A DNA stretch of 64,000 nt, taken from an uncultured Lentisphaerales bacterium (GTDB lineage Bacteria > Verrucomicrobiota > Lentisphaeria > JABSQK01 > UBA12247). A model generated the notes under the pieces. The model was not told the origin of the DNA. It did no database searches and was given only the letters and a program-made list of their open reading frames with translations. The stretch spans positions 10,184 through 74,183 of the forward strand of contig CALSSJ010000027.1 in NCBI GenBank assembly GCA_943788985.1, in the 5' to 3' direction. Below are positions 9,696 through 20,499 of this stretch, piece after piece. Both the position numbers and the translations under genes were made by a program. The stretch's first letter is position 1, and every line of letters begins with the position of its first letter.

Positions 9696-11015
9696 AAGCC
9701 GCCTCGACGCGCTCCATCATGATGAAGTCCTGCTTGGCCAGGCCGCAGTCTGGGCAGGCCCAGTCGTCGGGGATGTCATCCCAGCGTGTTCCCGGCGGAA
9801 CCCCTTCGTCAGGCATCCCTTCGGCTTCATCATACAAAAAGGCGCAGACCGTACACTCCATACCTTCCAGCCGCCCTCAGGGTGCTCAGGCGACACCAGC
9901 GTGGGCTCGGCCTTTGGCGGCTCGGTCAAGGTCAGGTAGTCCGGGGCCGTGACATCCTCGACATGTACTGCCGCTCCATCTTCTGGGAGAGGCTGACGGT
10001 ATCGATAGGTCGGGTCGCTCAACTGGCGGAATTCCACCTGCTTGACCTCACACCAGGCCGAAAACAACGACGTGTGTACCGGTGGTAGATGGTCTCTAAT
10101 CTGCTCGTGCAGCTTGGGCAGGTTGTAGCATGGCACCGCGGCGTACATGTGATGTTCAATGTGATAGTTCATGTTCCAATACAGAAACTGCACGAACTTG
10201 CTACAGGTATAGGTGCGACAGCACAGCCTAAAATCGTTTACCCCGTCCATCAGTCTCAGGTGCTGCAGACCGCCGGTCCAAAAGCCTAGCGCTCCGCCAA
10301 AGAATGGCGCAAACGTCACCACTAATGGCACAATCCACCAGCCCAGCGCCAGCGAAAACACTGTCAATGCGACATGGCCCAGTAGAAACCAGCGGCTCCA
10401 ATTGCGCACGCCCAGTCTCTCCTTCTCCGTCATCCGGCCGAACATGTAGTCGCACCATGTTTCGGACCAGAGCCCACCAGGGCGCCCGTCCTTTGGGTAG
10501 CGGCCACAGGCCAAGATCCAGTGATTCTTAAACGTAGACCACACAGCTGACCAAGCAAAATAGTGCTGGCACCACCGCAGAAGTGCCTGCCAGTTCGTCT
10601 CCGGCTTCATCTCCGCCAGCGCTTCCACTGCCGGCAGAACCACCTCAAGATCATGAGGTTGGTTCAACGTAAACCGGTGGTGCTCCTTATGGCTGATCTC
10701 GAAGAACGGATAGTTCCAAGTCGTGAGAAAGCTGTTCAAGGCCAGAAAGAAGCGGTTGTAGATTCGGGTAGTGAATACTCGCTCGTGTACCAGCTCATGG
10801 ACGCCGGCCCCCAGCATCCCCTGAATCATCCCGTGCAGACACAGCGCCGGGATTAGCCACAGCCATTGTTGATAGTACCACATCGCGATCGTGCCAGCCG
10901 CGGTCAACGTGGTCAAGAGGATGTGCCCGCCGGCCTGTAGCCAACCTTTGAAGTCGCTGGTTGTGTTTAGCTTGTTTAGGACCTCCGGGTCCACCGGAAT
11001 GCGTAGCCAGTTCAC
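9694..11015 (-). CDS. Fatty-acid-desaturase-family membrane di-iron enzyme fused to a C-terminal rubredoxin (1-nt frameshift near 9858)
   Basis: His boxes HELVH, HKEHH, HIEHH; the shifted frame reads [58 protein letters not shown] (9694). Confidence 0.8.
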
Positions 11016-11017
11016 CT

Positions 11018-11770
11018 GTGCTCGTTCGCTTGCGGCGCGGTAGTGCGCGCCTAATTCTTGACCGGAAGCCGTACGAAATTAGCACCGGCGAGCTCTTCTT
11101 GACGCCTACTGGGGCGCACGAAATCTGGCACTGGGATCCCAGTCTCCCGACCGTGCACGACTTCATCCACTGGACAGGCGATGTTGCGGACTCCGCACTG
11201 CCTCGCCGATGCGCGGCCCCGGTCGGCAGTCTGTTACATACGCTCGTATCTCACGTCACTGAGCTCGACTTCATCCGGACTCCCGATGGCTGTCGCGAGC
11301 AAAAACTCGCGCTTTCGCTACTCCTCTCAGTGTACGCGCACGGGACCGCTGAGACAGCGACCAGTCACTCACATGATGGGTTTCGGCGCATCGTGGCCGC
11401 GCTTCGCACACAATGGCGAGGCCAAAACTTTCGGCCCCCAACTATCGCTGAGCTGTGCGTGATCGCGTGCCTTTCTAAACCGCAGCTGATCCGTGTCTGC
11501 AAAGCCGCGTGCGGCGAAACGCCCGCTCGTTTTTGCGAGCGATTGCGATTGCATCAGGGGGCAAATCGACTCGTCAGCAGCAGCGAGTCCGTCGAGCAGG
11601 TTGCCGACCGGCTCGGTTACGCCAGCCAGTTTCACTTCTCTCGCAACATCAAGCGATACTACGGCCTTGCCCCGCTACCGTTTAGGCGCCGGTACCACAA
11701 TCAGCCCGAAGCAATCTCCGGGCACTTACCCGCCGAGTTGCTGCGCGCCTATCGCCAGGTCCTGCGCTGA
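11018..11770 (+). CDS. AraC-family transcriptional regulator, apparently 5'-truncated
   Basis: Partial cupin (RGSARLILD...GELFLTP.G) plus C-terminal HTH SVEQVADRLGYASQFHFSR..KRYYGLAP. Confidence 0.75.
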   Translation: MLVRLRRGSARLILDRKPYEISTGELFLTPTGAHEIWHWDPSLPTVHDFIHWTGDVADSALPRRCAAPVGSLLHTLVSHVTELDFIRTPDGCREQKLALSLLLSVYAHGTAETATSHSHDGFRRIVAALRTQWRGQNFRPPTIAELCVIACLSKPQLIRVCKAACGETPARFCERLRLHQGANRLVSSSESVEQVADRLGYASQFHFSRNIKRYYGLAPLPFRRRYHNQPEAISGHLPAELLRAYRQVLR

Positions 11771-11785
11771 GAATCGGCGTTCTGA

Positions 11786-13129
11786 TCAGGTCAGTGCGGC
11801 GCGCGTGACAGCCACCAACTTGCCGCTCCACTCCTGAACCTGCTCCTCGGTCGATGCCTCGACCAAAATGCGGATCAAATTCTCTGTGCCTGAGTAGCGC
11901 ACCAGATGGCGTCCATCACGGCCCAACGTTTCCTCGCACTCCGTCAACGCTGCCATCAGCTCGGGCACGTCCTCAATTGCTGGCTTAGATTTGACTTTGA
12001 TGTTCACCAGCTTGGAGGGAAACAGCTTGACGAACATGGTCAGATCGCTCAGGCTCTTGCCCGGATTATTCAGTAGAATCCGCAGCACCTGCAGCCCGCT
12101 TACGATCGCGTCGCCTGTTGTGGTGTGAGCAAGGGAGATGATGTGGCCGGAGTTTTCGCCCCCGAGACTGAAGCCGCCATCGCGCATCGCTTCGATGACA
12201 TTGCGGTCTCCTACTGCCGTGCGGATCGTCTTGATCCCCTTTGCCTCCAAGGCGCGGTCCAGGCCCAGGTTTGTCATCACTGTGGCCACAAGTGTGTCGT
12301 GCTTTAACACACCTCTGCTATGGTAGTCTGTCGCCAGCAGGCCGAGAATTGCGTCTCCATCGACGAGATGCCCATTCGAATCCACGAACAACACGCGATC
12401 CGCGTCTCCATCAAACATGATGCCAATATCTGCGCCAGTCTCCAGCACGCGCGCCCGACAGCGAGCCGGCGATGTTGCACCGCAGTTTTCGTTGATATTC
12501 GTCCCGTTTGGCGATGTAGCCAGGTCATCGACCTCCGCACCAAGTTCCTCGAAGATCATCGGGCCCACCTTGTAGGCGGCACCGTTTGCGCAATCCAGCA
12601 CAATTCGCAGGCCATCCAGAGAAAACTCCGCGACTGAAGCCTTGGCAAACTCCACATAGCGAGCGGCCGCATTCTCAATCCGTCTCGCGCGCCCGACCCG
12701 TTCCGGACCATTCTCAACCTTCTCACTCAGGACCATCTTCTCGATCGCGGCCTCAAGCTCGTTCGTGAGCTTGAAACCATCCCGATCAAAAATCTTAATC
12801 CCGTTGTCACAGCTGGGGTTGTGCGACGCCGTGATCATGATCCCCGCATCGGCCGCCATCGACCGCGTCAGATGCGCCAGGCCTGGCGTGGGCACCGGCC
12901 CCACAAGAATCGCATCAGCGCCGTGAGACAACAGCCCCGCCACTAGCGAATTTTCGATCATATAGCCCGAGAGCCGCGTGTCTTTGCCGATAATCACGCG
13001 TGGCGCGCGATCGCTCCGGCCCGGGACATAGTGCGCGACCGCGCGCCCGATACGCACGATCAGCTCAGGAATCATCGGATAGTGGTTTGCTCGTCCTCGA
13101 ACTCCGTCGGTACCAAAAAGTTTGCTCAT
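11786..13129 (-). CDS. glmM: Phosphoglucosamine mutase
   Basis: LFGTDGVRG, GKDTRLSG, ITASHNP, DGDADR, GGENSGH, RYSGTE. Confidence 0.96.
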   Translation of the reverse strand: MSKLFGTDGVRGRANHYPMIPELIVRIGRAVAHYVPGRSDRAPRVIIGKDTRLSGYMIENSLVAGLLSHGADAILVGPVPTPGLAHLTRSMAADAGIMITASHNPSCDNGIKIFDRDGFKLTNELEAAIEKMVLSEKVENGPERVGRARRIENAAARYVEFAKASVAEFSLDGLRIVLDCANGAAYKVGPMIFEELGAEVDDLATSPNGTNINENCGATSPARCRARVLETGADIGIMFDGDADRVLFVDSNGHLVDGDAILGLLATDYHSRGVLKHDTLVATVMTNLGLDRALEAKGIKTIRTAVGDRNVIEAMRDGGFSLGGENSGHIISLAHTTTGDAIVSGLQVLRILLNNPGKSLSDLTMFVKLFPSKLVNIKVKSKPAIEDVPELMAALTECEETLGRDGRHLVRYSGTENLIRILVEASTEEQVQEWSGKLVAVTRAALT

Positions 13130-13221
13130 CGCTATCGCTCCTTGCCAATCGTTAAATCACGTTATGTTAACGCAGTACCATGATTGAGTGCGCGGGATCA
13201 TCCAAAGAAAGGTTAGTGCGA

Positions 13222-15042
13222 ATGTGTGGAATTGTCGGTTATACCGGTCCAGGTCGAGTTGCAGACGTTTTGTTAAATGGGTTGCGGAGACTCGAATATC
13301 GCGGATATGACTCCGCTGGTGTGGCAATCGTTGGCAAGGAGATCCAAGTGCGTCGAGCGATCGGCAAGGTGGCGAACCTCGCAAAAGAGGTAGAGGCCGA
13401 CATCGCTGGCAGCTACGGCATCGCCCACACGCGGTGGGCCACACATGGCCGTCCTTCCGTTCCCAATGCGCATCCCCACGTGAACGACGCTGGAGATATC
13501 GCGGTCGTGCACAACGGCATCATTGACAACGCGGCCGTGCTCCGCACCCGCTTGAGCGAGAAAGGGCACACATTTTACTCTGAAACCGACAGCGAAGTTC
13601 TGCCTAAGCTCATCAGCGAGTTCTACCAAGGGGACCTGCTCGAAGCCGTCCTTGCCGCTATTGAGCAGATCAAAGGCACCTACGGGATGGCGGTCGTCTC
13701 CCCCAAGCATCCCGGCCAGATCGTGGTAGCCCGCAAGGGTAGCCCCATCGCCATTGGCGTTGGCGATGACGAAACCATTGTCGCCAGCGACGTAGCAGCC
13801 ATCGTGGCCCATACCGCTAACGTAATCTTCCTCGACGACGACGATGTCGCCCTCGTTGAAGCAGGCCACATCGATCTTCGCAATACCAGCAACCTCCCGG
13901 TGACTCGCAAAGTTTCCACAGTCGATTGGGATATCGAGGCAGTCGAGAAGGGTGGCTACAAGCATTTCATGCTCAAAGAAATCTTCGACCAGCCCAACGC
14001 CATCGAAGTTGCCACCCGCGGGCGTCTCAACTTCCAGGAAGGCACTGCCTACCTCTCCGGGCTCTGCATGGAGCCCCGTGACATGGTTTGCATCCAGCGC
14101 ATCATCATCGCTGCGTGCGGCACCTCGCTCCATGCCGGAATGCTCGGTGAGTATTTTTTCGAGGATCTCGCCAGCATCCCTACCGAAGTCGAGCAGGCCG
14201 CAGAATTCCGCTACCGCAACCCGATCGTTGATGCCAGTACTCTTGCCATCGTCATCAGCCAGTCCGGTGAAACTGCCGATACTCTTGCCGCCCTGCGCGA
14301 AGCCAAGCAGAAAGGTGCGCAGATTGCTGGTCTTTGTAACGTAGTCGGCGCCACCATTGCCCGCGAAGCTGGGCGTGGCGTCTATCTGCACGCTGGTCCC
14401 GAGATTGGCGTCGCCTCCACCAAGGCCTTCACCACCCAGGTCTCGGTGATGCTGATGATGGCCATGAAATTCGCGCGTACCCGACGCTTCCCGCGTCAGG
14501 CAGGCATCGAGCTGTGCGAAGAGATCCGCATGCTTCCCGAGCTGATCAGAGAAGTCCTCGCGACAGCAGACCACATCAAAGAAGTCGCCAAGCGCTGGCA
14601 CAAGATGCATCACTGCTTCTTCATCGGCCGCGGCTACTTCTACCCGGTCGCACTCGAAGGCGCGCTCAAGCTCAAAGAGATCAGCTACATCCATGCCGAA
14701 GGCTATCATGCCGCTGAGCTCAAGCATGGGCCACTCGCCTTGCTCGATGAGAATTGCCCCGTCATTGCGCTCGCAAACGATGGCCCTGGCAAGGAAAAGG
14801 TTCTCGGCAACATCGAAGAGTGCCGTGCCCGGCAAGCGCCGGTCATCGTCACGGCCACCATGGGCGATACCGAAGCCAGCAGCCTCGCCGATGACGTGCT
14901 CTGGATTCCAAAGTCCGGTAAGGCTACCGCGCCCGTCCTGACCGTGGTCGCCCTCCAGCTGTTCTCCTACTACGTCGCCGATGAGCTCGGTTGCGAGATC
15001 GACCAGCCCCGCAACCTCGCCAAGAGCGTTACCGTAGAATAG
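13222..15042 (+). CDS. glmS: Glutamine--fructose-6-phosphate aminotransferase
   Basis: MCGIVG start at 13222, LEYRGYDSAG, HTRWATHG, SQSGETADT, VASTKAF, ELKHGP, PRNLAKSVTVE. Confidence 0.98.
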   Translation: MCGIVGYTGPGRVADVLLNGLRRLEYRGYDSAGVAIVGKEIQVRRAIGKVANLAKEVEADIAGSYGIAHTRWATHGRPSVPNAHPHVNDAGDIAVVHNGIIDNAAVLRTRLSEKGHTFYSETDSEVLPKLISEFYQGDLLEAVLAAIEQIKGTYGMAVVSPKHPGQIVVARKGSPIAIGVGDDETIVASDVAAIVAHTANVIFLDDDDVALVEAGHIDLRNTSNLPVTRKVSTVDWDIEAVEKGGYKHFMLKEIFDQPNAIEVATRGRLNFQEGTAYLSGLCMEPRDMVCIQRIIIAACGTSLHAGMLGEYFFEDLASIPTEVEQAAEFRYRNPIVDASTLAIVISQSGETADTLAALREAKQKGAQIAGLCNVVGATIAREAGRGVYLHAGPEIGVASTKAFTTQVSVMLMMAMKFARTRRFPRQAGIELCEEIRMLPELIREVLATADHIKEVAKRWHKMHHCFFIGRGYFYPVALEGALKLKEISYIHAEGYHAAELKHGPLALLDENCPVIALANDGPGKEKVLGNIEECRARQAPVIVTATMGDTEASSLADDVLWIPKSGKATAPVLTVVALQLFSYYVADELGCEIDQPRNLAKSVTVE

Positions 15043-15066
15043 TTGACAATATCCAACAGCCCCATC

Positions 15067-15172
15067 ACTGGGAGCGCTGGATTCATCCGGCAATTGTGAG
15101 GGGTAATGGGTTCTGCGTAAGGCAGGGGGAGTTAGTAGGCTTCGAATGCCGGATCAATCCGGCGCTCCCAGT
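15067..15172. repeat. REPIN/MITE-like inverted-repeat element, copy 1
   Basis: Arms ACTGGGAGCGCTGGATTCATCCGGCA ... TGCCGGATCAATCCGGCGCTCCCAGT; homologous to 49027-49131. Confidence 0.85.
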
Positions 15173-15230
15173 CTTGCAGGCCAAACTTCCTCTAGAAATC
15201 CAGGTGGTACCTGCCTTGGGCTATTGGCCA

Positions 15231-17313
15231 TTACTGCACGACTTGCGTGTGGACCCCGGTTGCGGGGTGCCGCGCCAGCACAGCGCCGCGGCGCACGATC
15301 TGGTGGTAATACTCCACGCTGTCGGCTGCCTGCAATCCGGGCACCGTTACCTGCCAGCGGTCGCCAGATTGGTGGCGCAGCGCTTGACGCTGCCAGGCAC
15401 CGCCGTTGATTCGCCAGGTAGTCTCTGCTTGGGCAGCTGTGGTCAGGCGAAATGGAATCTGGACCCGCTTGGCCAGGCCGTTGGCCTGTATACCTTCCGG
15501 CACGATCACTTCCCAGCGCGTGGTCGGGGCATACGGCAGGTCTACCTCTGCGGACAACGCAGATTGCGAAGTTCGCAACGCCTCGCTGACGTCTACCACC
15601 GTCGGTTGTGTTTGGTCGACGGCAGTCACGAGGTAGCGCCCAGGCAACGCCACTCGGTGAAAATCGCCCAGCCCGTTCTCGGCATCACTGCGTGTGGCCA
15701 GTGGCGGGTTGATCTGGTCTGGGCCAATCGGCACGGAAGTTGCGAAGTTCGCAAACAGCCACTGGCCATCGCCAGCCACCGGCTCGACCAACGGGCTCTC
15801 CGCCGTGTCCAGCATAGTCGCCTGCACGCCGGACCGATCCAGGCTCACGATTGGGAGCCTGACCCCGCTCGAGCGCATCGCAGCGGCTGTCGTGACCCCG
15901 GCCAGGTTCCAGCCACTGCCCAGACCGAGGCTGAAGCCCGGGAGCGCAAGTCCCGTGATCTCGATCGTTTCAGCAACGGTATTGTGGACCCAGGCCGCGC
16001 GTCCGGGCGTAAGCTCTGCTGCCGCTCTGAAGCTCTGACGAATTGGATCATACTCCCAGGCACACGTCGCATTCGGGAAGATCACGTCGAAGCCTCGGTC
16101 AGCGGGGACCGCTGGTAAGGCTACCACATTCCAGCCCGTCTCCAGCGTAATCTGCTGCGCCGTCGCATCCTGCGACCAGATCAGAATGCTCGCGTTCAAC
16201 GGTGCCTCGGTGGTCGCGCAGCGCACCGTGCCATGAATCCCGCGCTGAATCCCGGCCATATAGGTCTTCAACGAGGTCTCGTTCTCGGTCCAGGCCTGAT
16301 CCATGCCAAAGGCATTGGGCGTCTTGCTTTGGGTGAATTCGATGGTGGTTTCCAGGCAACCCGCGTAGCGATAGTTCCAATCAGCCATCTCGCCGTTGAT
16401 TTTAAACCAGGCGGCGCCGTTGATCACCCCGCGATCCCAGCTCCCACCCCATGGCTGTCCTCCGGTCCGGGCAAGCATATTTGGGTTGGTCAGCGTGTAT
16501 TCCAGTGAAATCGTGCGGACCAGATCGGTTTCCGGAAACATTGCATCCGTGTCGGTGTGGTCATGGAAATGCCCCCACGGATAGATCACGCCGATTGCGC
16601 CGCTGTGCAAGCCGCCGGACAGCGCAAAGTGCCGCCCCAAGGTCCAGTTCACGATGTGCTGCACTTCCTGCTCTGGCAAATGGTTCAGCGGCATGAATGG
16701 GGAAGGGAAGTTTCGGTTCAGATCCACGTTGTTGTCGTTGCCGCGGCGGAGGGCTTCCCAGCCATCTGGATTCATCAGTGGCAAAATATGGATGTCTGTG
16801 TGGTCGATGAGCGCGGTTTGAACTGGATCGCTGCCGTAGCTCTCCAGCAGCTGAATGGCGTAGCGCATCGCCATCTCCACGCCCGAGCGTTCATCGCCGT
16901 GAATGCCGCCGACCAGCTTCACCTCGGGCTCATCTTCCTCGATGTCCGGATGGTCCGTGATGCGCAATACCCACAGCGGTAGGCCGTTGAGCGAGTCGCC
17001 GATCGAATAGAGGCGGCAGATAGTCGCATGATCTGCCTGCAACTGTGCGATTTCCGCAGCCAGGTCCGCGTACGAGGTGGCTTCATAGTCGCGGGCCGCG
17101 GTGATCACATCCACCTGAAACCCGATCCGGTGTAGCAGCGACCGGGCATCTACGGTAGCCTGCGCCAGATACCCCCCCCTGCGGGTCTGGGCGGACATCG
17201 ACAAGACCGGGAATTGCCGGGGGCGCAGCCAAGCCTGCGGTCGGCAGAATGCGGACCGGTTCCTGCGCCGAAAGCGTGGCCGCCAGCGCGATCAAGTAGA
17301 TCCAGCGCGGCAT
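15231..17313 (-). CDS. Secreted M14 zinc carboxypeptidase with C-terminal extra domains (frameshift in G8 tract at 17172-17179)
   Basis: GGIHGDE, MNPDG, RRGN..VDLNRNFP, LHSG, GEMADW..Y, TIE; signal peptide MPRWIYLIALAATLSAQ starts at 17313 in another frame. Confidence 0.8.
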
Positions 17314-17315
17314 TT

Positions 17316-17651
17316 TTAGGTGGACGCGCACTCCACGCACACGACCGTTCCGGGAATCGCCACCAGGCGGGGAATCGGGATCGTGCTCCTGCAGCGCATG
17401 CAGAGGCCAAACTCTGGCGAGGTGGCCCGCTTTAGCGTATTCTCGAGACGCGTCAGCCGTTCGCGCGCCTGGTGAAGCGCACGCTCGTTGATCGCCTTGT
17501 TGCTGATCGCATCCATCCGACTGACGCGCCCGATGGCGTTGTCGGGCGAGATGGGCTGCACCAACACCTGAAATTCAGCGATCTTGTCCAAGGTGGTGCC
17601 GCGTTCCCGTTCTAGTTGCTCAATCAGTTCAGCGCGTTGTGTGTCAGTCAT
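17316..17651 (-). CDS. TraR/DksA C4-type zinc-finger protein
   Basis: PDNAIGRVSRMDA coiled-coil tip, FGLCMRC...IP..RL..IP....CVEC. Confidence 0.85.
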   Translation of the reverse strand: MTDTQRAELIEQLERERGTTLDKIAEFQVLVQPISPDNAIGRVSRMDAISNKAINERALHQARERLTRLENTLKRATSPEFGLCMRCRSTIPIPRLVAIPGTVVCVECAST

Positions 17652-20490
17652 GATCTGCATCCAGAATGTCTTTGAGAAACTGCCCCGTGTAACTGCCTGC
17701 CACCTTACAAACCTGCTCCGGCGTACCCTGTGCCACTACTTCGCCGCCGCCATCACCACCTTCAGGCCCCATGTCGATAATATGATCGCATGCTTTGATT
17801 ACGTCCAGATTATGCTCGATTACCAGAATTGTATTGCCTCGGTCTCGCAGCCGATAGACCACCTCCAACAGCCGCTGAACATCGTCGATATGCAGTCCGG
17901 TAGTCGGCTCATCGAGCACATAGAGCGTGTGGCCGCGGGGCTTCTTGGCCAGCTCTGTCGAGAGCTTCACCCGTTGCGCCTCGCCGCCGCTTAGCGTTGT
18001 CGCTGACTGTCCTAAGCGGATGTAGCCCAGCCCTACTTCATCCAGCGTAAACAGGATCCGGTGAATCATCGGCACCGCCGAGAAAAACTCGCAGGCGTCG
18101 TGCACCGTCATGTCCAGCACCTCGGCGATATTCCTGCCTTTGTAGCGTACCTGGAGGGTTTCCTGGTTGTAGCGCTTTCCCTTGCACGTCTCGCAGGGGA
18201 CGTAGACGTCCGGCAGGAAGTTCATCTCGATCTTGCGTATGCCATCGCCCTTGCACTCGTCGCAGCGACCACCCTTGACGTTGAAGCTGAACCGCCCTGG
18301 TTTATACCCACGAATCTTCGAATCTGCAAGTTTGGCAAACAGCTGGCGCACGTGGTCAAATCCACCGGTGTAGGTAATGGGGTTCGAACGTGGCGTCCGC
18401 CCGATTGGGCTCTGGTCCACCACGATCATCTTGTCCACATGCTCCATGCCGCGCAACCGCTTCAGCACTGACGGTAAGGCTCGACCCGCCAGATTTTCCT
18501 TCAACGCCCGCACCAAGACCTGGTTGACCAGCGTGCTTTTTCCGGAGCCTGATACGCCCGTTACGCAGCAGAACAGGCCTAGGGGGATCTTTGCGGTGAG
18601 GTTGTGCAGATTGTTCGCGGTTGCACCGGATACGGTGAGCGCGTTGCCATTGCCGACCTGGCGCTCTTCGGGGACCGCGATCTTCTTGACCCCGCGCAAG
18701 TACAGGCCAGTCAGCGAGTCATGGCATTCCTGCGGCGGGCCTGCATAGACCACCTCTCCGCCCAGTGATCCGGCACCCGGCCCCATATCTACGATATAGT
18801 CTGCCGTTTCGATGGTCTCGGTATCATGCTCGACCACCACCACGGTATTGCCTAGGTCACGAAGCCGTATGAGTGTGTCGAGCAGCCGCCGGTTGTCACG
18901 CTGGTGTAAGCCAATGCTCGGCTCATCCAGGACATACATCACCCCAACTAGGCCACTGCCAATCTGGGTGGCCAGGCGAATTCGCTGCGCTTCGCCGCCG
19001 GACAGCGTCCCACTCTCTCGATTCAACGTCAGATAGCCGAGCCCGACAGCACAGAGAAAGCCCACGCGGGCCGCGATTTCGCGCACGATTTCCCCGGCGA
19101 TCACCAGGCGTTCGCCTTCCAGATTTAACGTTGTGATCGTCTCGTGTGCATCACTGACGCTCAAGGCCAAAAATTGATGAATCGGGATGTCGTTTACCGT
19201 CACAGCCAGGCTTTCCGGCCGTAGCCGAGCGCCATGGCAAGTCGAGCAGGGCATGCGTACCAAGATCTTGCGCAGGCGGTCACGCATCAGCTTGCTCTCG
19301 GTCTCGTGGTAGCGCCGCAGCGTATCGGCCACAAATCCATCAAATGGCTCCGTGTAGCGCAGTTGACGCCCCGCCCAGCGAAAGGCGAATGAAACGCGTG
19401 ACGGGTGGCCCTCTAGCAGGATCGCTTGGTGCTTGGCGCTGAGTTCCTCGTACGGCACATCCAGCGGGATCTTGTGATGCGCGGCGGCGCAGTTCAGGAT
19501 GTTCTGATAGCGCCGAACCATGCGCCGCATCCCAACCTTCCAAACGGGAAATGGGCCCTGAGCCAGCGTCTTCTTTCCATCCACCGCCAGGCGCTCATCT
19601 ACTGCCAATGATGTGCCCAGACCGTGGCATTTTTTACAGGCGCCATACGGACTGTTGAACGAGAAGCTACGCGGCTGCAACTCGCCGAAGCTGATGCTGC
19701 ATTTGGTGCAGGCGAAGTGCTCGCTGATCAGCTCCTCGTCCCAGCCGCTGGCATCCTTGCATTCCAGCATCAAAACCAGCATCCCGTCGCCCGAACGCAG
19801 GGTGCGCTCTACCGAATCCGAGAGCCGTCCGCGATCCGTCTTGCCCGCCACTAGGCGATCGACCACCGCCTCGATGTCATGCTTCTTGTTCTTGTCTAGG
19901 TCCGGCTCGTCCTCGCTCATGACGAGGTCGCCATTCACCCGCATCCGAGCGTATCCGTCCCGGCGAATTGCCTCGAATACATCCTTATGCGTGCCCTTTT
20001 TGCCACGCACGTAGGGGGCCAACAGCATCATCCGGCGGCCCTGAGGCAGCGCATCCAGGTGATCGCAGATTCGCTGTGGGCTTTGTGCGGACACCGCATC
20101 TCCGCAGCCAGGGCAATGCGGCACACCGATATGCGCGTAGAGCAGCCGCAGGTAGTCGTAGATCTCTGTCGTCGTGGCCACGATCGACCGCGGATTCCCG
20201 CCAGCAGAGCGCTGCTCGATGGCGATGGCCGGTGATAGCCCGGCCATGTGCTCCACGTCGGGCTTTTGCATCTGGTCCAGAAACTGCCGGGCGTAGGAAG
20301 ACAGGCTCTCTACGTACCGACGCTGCCCTTCCGCATATAAGGTATCAAACGCCAGCGAGGACTTACCCGAGCCGCTGGGCCCGGTCACCACGATCAGCTT
20401 GTTGTGCGGTAGCACTACATCGACATTCTTGAGGTTGTGCTGGCGCGCACCTTGAATGATGATGTTGCGTTCAGAGAGTGGGGATTGCAC
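17644..20490 (-). CDS. uvrA: Excinuclease ABC subunit A
   Basis: [31 protein letters not shown], two ABC cassettes (LSGGEAQR), zinc fingers. Confidence 0.98.
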   Translation of the reverse strand: MQSPLSERNIIIQGARQHNLKNVDVVLPHNKLIVVTGPSGSGKSSLAFDTLYAEGQRRYVESLSSYARQFLDQMQKPDVEHMAGLSPAIAIEQRSAGGNPRSIVATTTEIYDYLRLLYAHIGVPHCPGCGDAVSAQSPQRICDHLDALPQGRRMMLLAPYVRGKKGTHKDVFEAIRRDGYARMRVNGDLVMSEDEPDLDKNKKHDIEAVVDRLVAGKTDRGRLSDSVERTLRSGDGMLVLMLECKDASGWDEELISEHFACTKCSISFGELQPRSFSFNSPYGACKKCHGLGTSLAVDERLAVDGKKTLAQGPFPVWKVGMRRMVRRYQNILNCAAAHHKIPLDVPYEELSAKHQAILLEGHPSRVSFAFRWAGRQLRYTEPFDGFVADTLRRYHETESKLMRDRLRKILVRMPCSTCHGARLRPESLAVTVNDIPIHQFLALSVSDAHETITTLNLEGERLVIAGEIVREIAARVGFLCAVGLGYLTLNRESGTLSGGEAQRIRLATQIGSGLVGVMYVLDEPSIGLHQRDNRRLLDTLIRLRDLGNTVVVVEHDTETIETADYIVDMGPGAGSLGGEVVYAGPPQECHDSLTGLYLRGVKKIAVPEERQVGNGNALTVSGATANNLHNLTAKIPLGLFCCVTGVSGSGKSTLVNQVLVRALKENLAGRALPSVLKRLRGMEHVDKMIVVDQSPIGRTPRSNPITYTGGFDHVRQLFAKLADSKIRGYKPGRFSFNVKGGRCDECKGDGIRKIEMNFLPDVYVPCETCKGKRYNQETLQVRYKGRNIAEVLDMTVHDACEFFSAVPMIHRILFTLDEVGLGYIRLGQSATTLSGGEAQRVKLSTELAKKPRGHTLYVLDEPTTGLHIDDVQRLLEVVYRLRDRGNTILVIEHNLDVIKACDHIIDMGPEGGDGGGEVVAQGTPEQVCKVAGSYTGQFLKDILDADHD

Positions 20491-20499
20491 AGGCTGCCG

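Noticed and set aside
13273..15093. 606-aa antisense ORF
   Set aside because: Shadow of glmS, typical of high-GC codon bias; no motifs.
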